A DNA stretch of 64,000 bases from Lytechinus pictus (lineage: Eukaryota): the NCBI RefSeq assembly GCF_037042905.1, contig NC_087249.1, positions 4,092,001 to 4,156,000 on the forward strand, read 5' to 3'. A program made the position numbers and the translations under genes. Under the pieces are notes generated by a model. It ran no database searches. It had not been told where the DNA came from and worked only from the letters and a program-made list of their open reading frames with translations. Positions 25,869 to 36,506 of this stretch are shown here, piece by piece; the stretch's first letter is position 1; each line of letters begins with the position of its first letter.

Positions 25869-26732
25869 GAATTTTCTCCGTAAAAAGAATCACAGCTGGT
25901 TTAGTAGTAACCAGTTTGGGAAACATCTATTAACATGCATTCCCAAAAGGAGAGAGGCTACATGCTTAGAAACACGAGATAAAATGTTTTTTACCTTGTT
26001 AAAAAAGATCAGTTAAGAAGTGACATTTCTTGTCCTTCTTCGCTCGCTTGCTCTGACCAAAAGTTAGATTCGAAATGATGATTACATCTGACTGAATGTG
26101 TACAAATACATGAATGATAAATGGCACGCTGAAAGGTCGCCATTGTATACTCATATCATCTTCCGCAATCTACAAGAAGTAAGAAAGCGAATCGCTGAGG
26201 CCAAGATGTTTACGCTTTGGCTACTTTGACACATGCTGAAGCAGACAAGTGGTGAATGGGAATATATTCTTCCTCATATTGTCATAATTTTGACAATTCA
26301 TTAATTTTTGTATGATGGCACATACTGTTATTGCACTTCGGCCAAACCTTGTATCTGGAACAGATCCAAAGCTACTGTGAGACAGTAATACGAATTATAT
26401 TAAATGACCAGGTCACTTGCTACTGAGTTTGATTATTATCACATGTTGTCCCTGTTAAATAATGTCATTCAACAAAGTTCGAATTGTGCATCAGTTTTCA
26501 TATTTCTACTGCTACTTCCATATGAATCAGTGACACCCGTTATCACCTAGCTACAATGTAGCAAAGAATAAGCAAAAAGAAAATTATCCTTTATTTCATT
26601 GAAACACTTATTTCATATCAGCTAAAATTCAAACAAGTAAATATAAATGCCCTACATGTTACATTAATATTTTATTGCCATTATGCGTTTTTTACATGAA
26701 TTGTTTAAGTTTTATTCATTTTTAATATTTAA

Positions 26733-26958
26733 TACTCTAAAAACACTGAGTAAGTATGTTTTACCCAGTATTAAGTAAAAAGGGAACATGCATGTTTTCT
26801 GGGTATTTTTTATTCCCTATTGTGCTAAATGCATGTTATAAGGGTAAATTTAAACGTAACATTGCGTAAAATTTACAAAATATTTGGTATCTTTCTACCC
26901 AATCAACATGTATGCTCCCATTGTACCCAATATTGGGTAAACCTTTATTTTTAGAGTA
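26733..26958. mobile_element. Small palindromic MITE with (C/T)ACTCTAAAAA termini (CACTA/EnSpm-like)
   Basis: TACTCTAAAAA ... TTTTTAGAGTA with internal inverted TTACCCA/TGGGTAA blocks. Confidence 0.55.
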
Positions 26959-27529
26959 TATCTATAATTGTTGTTTCTGTTCTTGGCATTGCTATATGTT
27001 GTTGATTGAACACTTTTATAATCATCATTGTCATTTTATCATTTTGTAATATCTATAAAGTAAGACTGTGTAATCGGCGTTCCGAATGTTAAATATTAAT
27101 CTCGATTGAATGTGATATTATCAAGTAAACACCATAAGAATTATTGTCAAAACGATTCAAAATGTTCATTAATAATGATTATGATAAATACAATTTCATT
27201 CGTTTTGGGATTCTGGAATGCGACCGGAACGCTATATACATATATGACAATACAGCAATATTACGACAGCATAATCACTTTCAAAATGTCATATACAATT
27301 AAGAAAATTGTCAACATTTTTTTACAGATGGCTAGCGTTGTATGAAGGCTCCATACCACTTATTTTCTTATTTTTATTCATATGAATATAATAGCCTCGT
27401 TTAGATGTAGGCTGATTTGGTCGGAGTAAGGTCGGAGGAAGGGTCGGTGGAAGCCCAGTCGGAGAAAGGTCGGATTAATGCCCGTCTGGACAGAGTTACT
27501 CGGACCTTCTTCCGACCAACTCGTTCAGA

Positions 27530-28070
27530 CCCGGGGGGGGGGGGGCACTTACATTGACGAGTGGATACCATGCGCGATCAAAAAAGCGTAAAAAGGATGT
27601 CTTTTTTAAGATAGGGCACGTTACGTACGTAACGTAATAAGGGTGTCAAAAACACTAAAATAATGAAAAAAGGGTATCTATTTTTGCTAGGAAAGCTACG
27701 CGTTTAGGGTCAAATTTGGGAGGGTATAAAAAATTAAGACTAAAATGTTTTATAAAGGATGTACTTTTTGCCCGAAGAGTCAACACTACGTGTTTAGAGT
27801 ACGATCTGCTCGAGGTGTGGGAGGTGGGGCTGTACTAAACCCAATAGGAAAAGGTAAAACCGATGACCGTCGTCTGTGACACAACAATAGAAATATCGCT
27901 GTACTTGTTTAGGGGTTCAATTCAGGGAATACTTGCCAAGAGTATCGTTTTATTTCCAATACTTGTTAAGGGTAGGGTTTTCAGTATACATGTATGGATA
28001 ATACGTGTTCAGGGTGCTTTTCGAGACCCCATGGTTGTGCATGGTATCCACCCGTGAATGGAAGTGGCCC
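27530..28070. mobile_element. Non-autonomous DNA transposon with CCCGGGG-type terminus
   Basis: Left GGGGCACTTACATTGACGAGTGGATACCATGCGCGA versus right reverse complement GGGCCACTTCCATTCACGGGTGGATACCATGCACAA. The extreme right end is degenerate. Confidence 0.7.
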
Positions 28071-28214
28071 TATTCGGAGTCAAATTCTATTGAGCATGGA
28101 TTAAAATTCCAAAGATATTTTTTTTATCACGACCCAGGAGATCACGAGAGAAACTCAAATTGACCCACCACACCACACAAATAGTGAATAACGTCAGTCT
28201 GCCTATATATATAT

Positions 28215-28245
<31 letters not shown>

Positions 28246-29819
28246 GTTATTGACATGACTGTACTATATAGACGTGAATATCATTTAAGATTTAAGAAAA
28301 TGCGAGTCATGGTAGTTCAGCGAATTAAAAATACATTGTTATTTCTTACATTGTAATTTTGTGAAACAATATTAATAAAGATAATTACAATGCAGTGGGA
28401 TGTCACATTCCTTAATCTCTTTTGAACTGTTAAATTCAAGTAAGGGGATAATCCAAGAAGCCAATCCTCCAGCAAAAAAGTAATTCACGGGGAATTACCC
28501 TTTTTTATCAGAAGGGTAATGACGCAGCAATATGTATGTGTAAAAATATGAAATAAAGAGGGGATAAAACACCAAAATAAATCAACAGTAGTATTTTTAT
28601 TTTATTCTGCAGTTCACTGATTACTGAAATAATGATCGGAAAGCGTGTGATGGATCGACGCAGCAGATAAGAATCAGTGGATGCAGTTGTTCCTGAGGAT
28701 GGTGTTCTGAAACTTCCTGCACCTGTTATCAAATCATATCGTAGATTGTGATGAAACATCAATGTCTGATGTATATCTCTTGATGACAGGAAAGTTTAGT
28801 TTTGAATAAAAAAAGAAAATTCATCTCTGATCCACATGCATTAAAATGGGATTTATGTCACGGAGACCTACTGTCAAGTTTAATCCGCAATTCGTCCTCA
28901 GTACAAACCGAATGTTTACGGAATTGTGCTACGCGAGGGACCTCGTCCGTAACAGCTGACGTGTACTTTGAAACTCATGGAGAAATAACATTTAGAAAGG
29001 TTTAAAAATGTGTTTGATTTGTAACAGATTCCCTTGTAAATTGCCGAAATGAAAAAAAAAATGAGGTGAAAATGTGAGTCAATCAGATAGCGGTGAAGCA
29101 TGCATGCATATGTATGAGGATGGATGAAATAGATGTAATTTTTGTCATAGGTTTCTGGTTTATTTTAATGAGGTTCAAAAGAGTGTAAGCCGGATGAAAG
29201 AAACAACAGACGAAGAAGATGAGGGACAAAAGAATAATAATAATAATAATAATAAGAAGTATCGATACGCAATTAGGCATTTTTATGTTGAAACTTTTAA
29301 CTCACTGTAAATGTATTTAACTAACATCAATTTCAGAGCGGGATACTATGCAACACATCAGGGACCTGGGAACGATTTTTTTCAGTGGGGGTGCTGAAAT
29401 CTCTCCTCAAAGGTGGGGGGGCGAAGGGGACACAATTGAGTTTTCCATAATTACACACACACACCCACACACAGTTCTAAGGGCACCACACACACACACA
29501 CCCGCCCACCCACACACATATAAATATATACATTTATATGACAGTCACTTCTCAGCTATCTTCTTATAAAAGAACAAATATATATAATTAGATAACTCGA
29601 GCGCGAAGCGCGAGCTATTTTTTTTTTTTTGGGGGGGGGGGGGAATTTCATGTATTTTGTCCTGAAAATTTTGAGCAATGTTTGTGGTCCTGAACAAGAT
29701 GCGTATGTAACAAATAACTGCGAACGCGACCAGATATTTTTTTTATATACGCTCTGGTCTGATCGAAAGGGAAGTGTTATAAGGACTGTTTGTAGTTACC
29801 CATTGAGACGATACATATA

Positions 29820-30300
29820 TCAAATAATGCGAGCGCGAAGCGCGAGCTGAAAAATTTGACATTCCGACCTAAATACTGGACATTCAAGCACTTTTTGTAA
29901 TGAACAGGATAGGTATATAACTATACAATTGATGCGAGCGGAAATAAAAATGAGATTTCAGACCTGAATACGGGACATCTTAAGCACTTTTCTAATTATG
30001 AACAGGATAGGTATATAACTATACAATTGATGCGAGCGCCAAGTGCGAGCGGAAATAAAAATGAGATTTCAGACCTAAAAACGGGACATCGCACTTTTCT
30101 AATCATGAACAGGATAGGTGTATAACTATCCAATTGATGCAAGCGCAAAGCGCGAGCAGGAACAAAATTAAAATTTCAGACCTATAATCGGGACATTCTA
30201 TTCATGTTTTGTAAATCAAGAAAATGATGGGTAATTGGATATATATTCTTATATAATAATGTGAGCACGAAGCGCGAGCCGAAAATTTTTGATATTCTGA
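29820..30300. repeat. ~100-110 bp internal tandem repeat of the hAT-like element
   Basis: GAACAGGATAGGT(A/G)TATAACTAT recurs at 29902, 30000 and 30107, with GCGAGCGCGAAGCGCGAGC-type motifs. Confidence 0.8.
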
Positions 30301-30309
30301 TCTGAAACT

Positions 30310-31176
30310 CAACACTGAATGTAATATGGTTTAAACAGATAAGAAAAATCAGACGAACATAAGAATAAAGATTTGATCAAAATCCGACAAGGAATATCAA
30401 AGTTATTGCATTTTAAAAATTAGCATTATTCCGGTGAAACAGTTTTAAGCATGTCTTCATTAATATTCAATGAGCAATTACTGATGATGTCATATCCCCA
30501 CTTGTTCTTTTGTATTTTATTACATAAAATTAGGTTTATTCAGCATTTTCCCTTCAAGAACCAAAAACAGTTGAATTGACAACTGATTTAGTCTAGTAGA
30601 TATTCTTTGCTGCAACTTATTTCATTATAAGGGAGGCATATCATTCACACTGGTATGAAAAAATGAATCAATTTTGATTCCATGTAATAACACAAGAAAC
30701 AGGATAGTGGGCATGGGCGGAAATCCCAGGGGGGACAGGGGGACGTGTCCCCCCTATACCAAAAATAGTAGGGGGACACAATATCAAATGTCCCCCCTAC
30801 TATTTTTGGTCTTTCATGGAGAAAAATACATCACTTCACAATCGAAATAATACATGTATGTATTTTGGACTAAATGACCTTACATTTTGGGTGAAACCCT
30901 TTTTTTTTTTTGGGGGGGGGGCTTGTCAAATTTTGTTAGGGTTAAAATGACCTTACATTTGGGGTGATAACTTTTTTTTTTTGGTCAAATTTTCCAGTCT
31001 CTTTGGGGACAGATTTCCGCCCATGTCAACCCACCTATTAAATATTCATGACGACATGCATATCACCATTTTCATAAAATATTGCTAAACTTTAGAATCA
31101 AATAACATAACTATTTGTTATCAGATTTTCATAAAATTGTATTTGATATAAATATTTTCAGCCCGGAGTAGCCCCA
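30310..31176. mobile_element. Left-truncated Kolobok-like element nested in the hAT-like element
   Basis: Right end TTTTCAGCCCGGAGTAGCCCC is the inverted match of the left end seen at 63943 (AGGGGTAGGTACTCCAGGCTGAAAA). The body resembles 140-500. Confidence 0.55.
30712..31025. mobile_element. MITE with 14-bp TIR CATGGGCGGAAATC, third nesting level
   Basis: CATGGGCGGAAATC ... GATTTCCGCCCATG, perfect TIR; no TSD visible. Confidence 0.75.
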
Positions 31177-32239
31177 AAACAAGCTGCGTATCTGAATAAA
31201 CATGCGTGCGCGTGTTTAAAGTTAGACCTAGTGTCTGGGCATTGTAAATATATTTTTTATTATAAAAATCGATAATGCGAGCGCGAAGCGCGAGCAGAAA
31301 ATATTTGATATTCCGATCTGAAAAGGATGAATTTAAACACTATTTTAAGTACCGTGTCGGAAAAATCTGAAGTGGGGGGGGGGGGGGTTCTACAAAACGT
31401 CGTTCATTTTCATTATATTTCTGTCATTTATCAACTTACCACTAGATTTTCAGGAGGTGCTGCCTATGGAAAATAACACATGCAGCACCCCCGCTTCCCA
31501 GGACCATGGGGAAGGGCGAAAAAGACTGTGAAAATTGATTTATATTGTCTGGCTTGTAATTGTTTATACAAAACACGGGCGGTCGGGCGCGCGCACACTT
31601 TATTCGACATAAAACCTGGAATTTTCAAACCAACCACATCCATATCTCACATGTCCCTCCCTGCTATCGAGTAGTGTGGTGTAAACTATGGTTATCAAGT
31701 ATCGCGCGCAACAACGTCTGTATCGGAGTGCCGGAGCTTGATTGAGTCGCGTTATAGGAGGGATTTGAATATGTGAAAGACTATGTAAATGATTTGCGAT
31801 TGTCGGATGTGATAATTATGTACTTTATAACATATTAAAAAAAAATACAAACTGAAAGGGAACCTGATTTTGTGGGGGTGCTGCCTATGGAAAATAATAC
31901 ACGCAGCACCCCCAGGAAAATTTCTGAGGGTGCTTCAGCACCCCCAGCATCCCCGCTTCCCAGGTCCCTGCAACACATCCAGTAGTGATGATGAAACAAA
32001 CTGTGTGCCCCCAAAGTATCTTCGTATTTCGACACGTCCACAATTTTCATAGCAGCATACTCTGAATGAGGGCGCTCTTGAAATCGTTATCTTTTTAGGT
32101 TACAGCGTTTTGAAAGTTGGTGAGATGAAAACATCGTCGAATCTATTATTTCGGAATAGGGGACTTAGAATTACAAAAACTGGCAAGGAAAAAAGTTGTT
32201 CTCTTGGTTTGGTTACAATTTCTGTCCCCCAAAACCTAA

Positions 32240-32725
32240 AGGGGAAACTCACCCTAACGAAAAAATTGTTGTGAAAATAGTAGGAAAAATATAGGTGAAG
32301 GTTTGAGAAAAATCCATTAAACAAAGAATAAGAAAGTTATAAGAATTTTTGGTTTGGATTTGTGACGTCATAAAGGAGCAGCTGCCCATATGTTATGTAA
32401 TATTAAATGCATAAATTTCTTTTTTTATGGCTCATGATGACTTATTTTTGTTTTCTTTGTAGGAACAGGTGTGATATGATTTGTCTATTGATATACTGAA
32501 GGTACAGTAGAAACCGTCTTCAATTTTCTGAGAAAATGAAATTTCATTGCTTTTTACCAAAGGATATGTAGCAAAGCTACTGGTATGTGACGTCACAAAT
32601 CAAATATTTAAACTTCTAATAACTTTATTATTCTTTGATAGATTTTTCTCAAACTGTCGGCAATATTTTTTATCATTTTCTCTGCTATTTTAACAATAAA
32701 CTTGTTGTCAGTGTGAACTTCCCAT
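32240..32725. mobile_element. Kolobok-like MITE
   Basis: CTAA|AGGGGAAACTCACCCTAAC ... GTCAGTGTGAACTTCCCAT|TTAG, imperfect TIRs; symmetric internal TGTGACGTCA motifs. Confidence 0.65.
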
Positions 32726-33442
32726 TTAGCACCTCCGAAACAGTAGAGATACTACAGAGCTCAATTTTTGTACAGCTTTAGGACCGCGGGGGGGGGGGGT
32801 GGTCTAGGGGTTCCACCTCTAGAAAAGATATGAGGATCACCAACTCAATATTGTGCTGCCACATGTGGGTTATGTTTATTTATTTTTTTTTTTTTTGATT
32901 TTCATTCAATTATTAACTACATTGTCTTGATCACAAGACGGTGTCCAATATGAAGTGTAAATGTTTAACTGTATAGCGGATAGGAAGGGAAAATAAAAAG
33001 AATGTATATGGAAGGAAATCAAATGAATGAAATTAATAATTGAAATTAGATAAATCAGTAGTTCATTGTTTTATTATCCATATGTGTGTGTACGCGCGCG
33101 TATAGATTTTGTGTTTCTGGTTCAGATTAGATAGTAGATGCAATAAGTATGTTCGCCAATGAAACTTTATTCACAAGTCACTCAATTATGACATACACGA
33201 ATATCATAAACAGCAAATAATTAACATGGATAAATAGTGAGGCGTGGGAATCATGAGAAAAAAGACATAATAGAGGAGATCGAGGTCGAGAGAGAAAGAT
33301 AAAGCGAGAATGTGAGGTGCTAGCGAGATGAAATAATTATTTTCACTTGAAAAAAAATCTACATAAGACGGATAAATTTCCTTTAAAAGGTATTTATTGC
33401 ATTTTATCATAATGCGAAGGATGAATTATAATTATCAGCATT

Positions 33443-33445
33443 ATA

Positions 33446-33528
<83 letters not shown>

Positions 33529-33532
33529 ATAT
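33443..33532. repeat. (TA)n microsatellite
   Basis: Direct inspection. Confidence 0.95.
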
Positions 33533-33679
33533 ATCCAGAAAATCTCTTAGGGTGGGGGGATCTTTGTCAAATTTTCATAGCATAACACCACATCCAGAAG
33601 TTCCCAGAACATCTCTCAAGTTTGCCGATATCCCTTACCTTCGAACAAGTATAAGATGAATGATAAATCATAAACATAA

Positions 33680-33960
33680 ATTATAGCGCCATCTGTTGGA
33701 TAAAAAAGAATGTTTTGACGTAGCCCTTGTCTCAATGAAGTGACTTGTCGGTTGTACCTGTACGTTCTTTTTTGTATATCTATAATATGATAAGAAGTTG
33801 TTTGAAACAATTGATATTAATAATAGTGCCATCTGCTGGATAAGAAATGGATGTCTTTTAAGTAGCCCTTGTCTCAATGAAGTGACTTGCACGTTGTATC
33901 TGTACATTCTTTTTTGTATAAAATTATCCAGAAAAAGATAAGAAATTGGTTAAAACAATT
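33680..33960. repeat. Two-copy ~140-bp tandem duplication, each copy with a CTCF-like motif
   Basis: G(C/T)GCCATCTG(T/C)TGGATAA...GTAGCCCTTGTCTCAATGAAGTGACTTG...TTCTTTTTTGTATA repeated at offset ~140. Confidence 0.85.
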
Positions 33961-35577
33961 TCTAATCTGAAAATTATAATGGTAGTGGTGGTGGTCGTGG
34001 TGATGACGACGATGATGTGAATGATAAGTCAAATATACAGAACAAGTTTAATATAATTATATCAATGTTCACCATCATTTTCAGCCTCACACGAGATTGA
34101 TTTGAGTAAATACAAGTAGAAAAAATAAACGATTACATCATAGTCCATTGATTCAGATGTAGCTGTACAAGTCCAGCATTTTATACAGATTGGATTAAAA
34201 ACAATTATAATCATTTTCTTAATCATAATATTTGAGCTAAATTGTCCCCTTAAAAAATTATTTCCTGAACCATGTGGAAGTACTAATAAAAAGAAGAGAA
34301 GACGAAAAATATAATGTTCAGATTATTCAAGTTCTTGGAAAAGAAATTTCTTTATAAAAAAATCATTATTTAACAAAACGTAAATAGTGTTTAATTGTTT
34401 AAAAAATGTAGAAGATAAAAATTAGATTACTTTTTGCATACACTTTTCATGGCCCCATTCTGAAAGGAAAGAATAATATATTTCCTCTCGATACCGTCGA
34501 CAATATCACGAGGGTATAGCCCTGGATTAGGTAAATTGTTGCTCCTTTCCTCTCTTCCGCCATACCCCGTGATATTAAGTTCATCAACATCCAGTGACAT
34601 CTCCCTAAACATAATTAAATTTCCTTCTTCCACGAGACTATTACAAGTTTAATCCTTTTCCGCTAACGAATTCGATTCACATTTGCACCATTACGGAAGA
34701 ACTAATTAAGAATTTGCATATTGATTGCATAATGCAATACTTACCCACAATTTATTTCATTTTGCAGGAAAATTTGAATTGTAACAGAACAGGTAATTCT
34801 CAAAATTTGACATGGGGAACAGATCCATTAGTTAAACGACATTTTCTTGTTTGTATTGTTGTTCTTATTTCTCCTCTCTTATATATATACCATACCTCCG
34901 CACACTCTTTCCATTTATTTGTATACCCTGTTTTTTATCTATATATTTTACGGCTATATAACTATTTTGTCGCCCCTGATTCTTCTGTCGCAATACTCTT
35001 TCACAGTTTCGTTTTAATTTCATATTCATCCCTTACTCACTTTCTGGTATAACTTTTTACTTCAAATGTTACTGGAATGTTATACATACATCCACCCTTT
35101 CACACCCTCCTGCATAGACATGCACACCATATTCGATATTTAATGAAAAGTAACGCTGACACGTCATCATTAGAGCACTGGAGAGCCAATCAATTTAAAG
35201 AATGCATAACACGTGAGCATTATTCATTCGCATCTGGTCAGCAATAATGCAGTCGCACGAACAAACAGACTGAATCCCGACCGATCATATGCCTTTTGAA
35301 AAAATGTTAAATCTTTAATCGGTTTGCAATCATGTTTGTTAGCGTGACTGTAACATTATGCCACACCTTCACAAACGAAAGCAAGTTCAAACCGACCTGT
35401 GGTATGTCATTATAAATAATCTAAATCGCTTTGAATGATCTAGAGCCGCTTTTACGAATGTGACTGTGCCAGAGGAGATTATCGAAATTATTTCGATATC
35501 AGATCAAATGGATAATTTATGTTAAAATAAGAAACAGGAATACATTAGACAAAACATTATTCCAAAACAGATATAAC

Positions 35578-35583
35578 TTTATT
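35578..35583 (-). terminator. Candidate polyadenylation signal of P16
   Basis: Minus-strand AATAAA ~920 nt after the stop, followed by a GT/T-rich tract (tgttttggaataatgttttgtc). Confidence 0.45.
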
Positions 35584-36506
35584 AAAACCATAGAATATAA
35601 TGCAGCTCTATAAAACGATTTTGTTTTAAACGCATTTCAGCGCACGAAGACAAAATCTTTTAATGAGGAATATAATGAAGTATGTATATAATAATTTATG
35701 TGAGTAATTATTTTTACTAAAAAAAGACAAATACTCAGCATGATAAATATCTTAATTGAATCTTCACAACTTAGAAGGTGGAAGGCAAACAAAACCATAA
35801 AGCTGTTTAAAAATGTTGAACAACGAATAAAGGTGAAATTTTTTTTTTATCAAACAGAAACAAAACGTACCAAATCAAACTAATCAAATAAACTGTAAGT
35901 CATTCTTATTGTTTTAGTGCAAACTTAGTTCTGAAGGCAAAAACCGAAGTTAAAAAAAGGGTTAGTAGAACAAAGAAAAAAATGTTTCTGCTTTCCACGA
36001 GAAGGTATTCAGTTATTTTAGATCATCATACAGGACCTTCTTCCGTTGGGGGGAGGGGAATTGGATGTCATGGAATTATAAGGCAAACAGGGCTTAGTTG
36101 AAAAACAGTTTCACAAGTAGCGTTTATCAAGTCCCTGAGCGATAGGTATCTTTAAGTTCATCAGAAAAGAGAAGGGATAAATACGACCATCCTGATAGAG
36201 GAATTTGTCATATCATGTCCCTTGTAATTTAGTTAATAACTGTCTATCGCTAAATCGACCCAATGTACCGTGATGTTGGTGGCATAGTAAGATTCATGTT
36301 GATGATGTCAGGTCATAGATCCTAGCTAGACACCGTTGCCAAGCTAATACCAACTTTAACGAACATGGGTGTCTTTTAATATGGTGTTATGACTGTCGTC
36401 TTTGATCAGGCATTTAAGCTGTACTTACAGCTCAGGCTGGCAGTGGTTGTAAAAATGTAAAAAAGACGTCAAGAGTTTGTGATAAATCTATATAGCGAAT
36501 TAGTTC

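Larger units (their letters stand above)
29359..31970. mobile_element. Composite hAT-like non-autonomous transposon, 2612 bp
   Basis: TIR CAGGGACCTGGGAA / TTCCCAGGTCCCTG; exact 8-bp TSD CAACACAT at 29351-29358 and 31971-31978; internal ~100-bp tandem repeats and nested elements. Confidence 0.88.

Noticed and set aside
34427-34633. 68-aa minus-strand ORF downstream of P16
   Set aside because: GTG start, no splice support, no family features.
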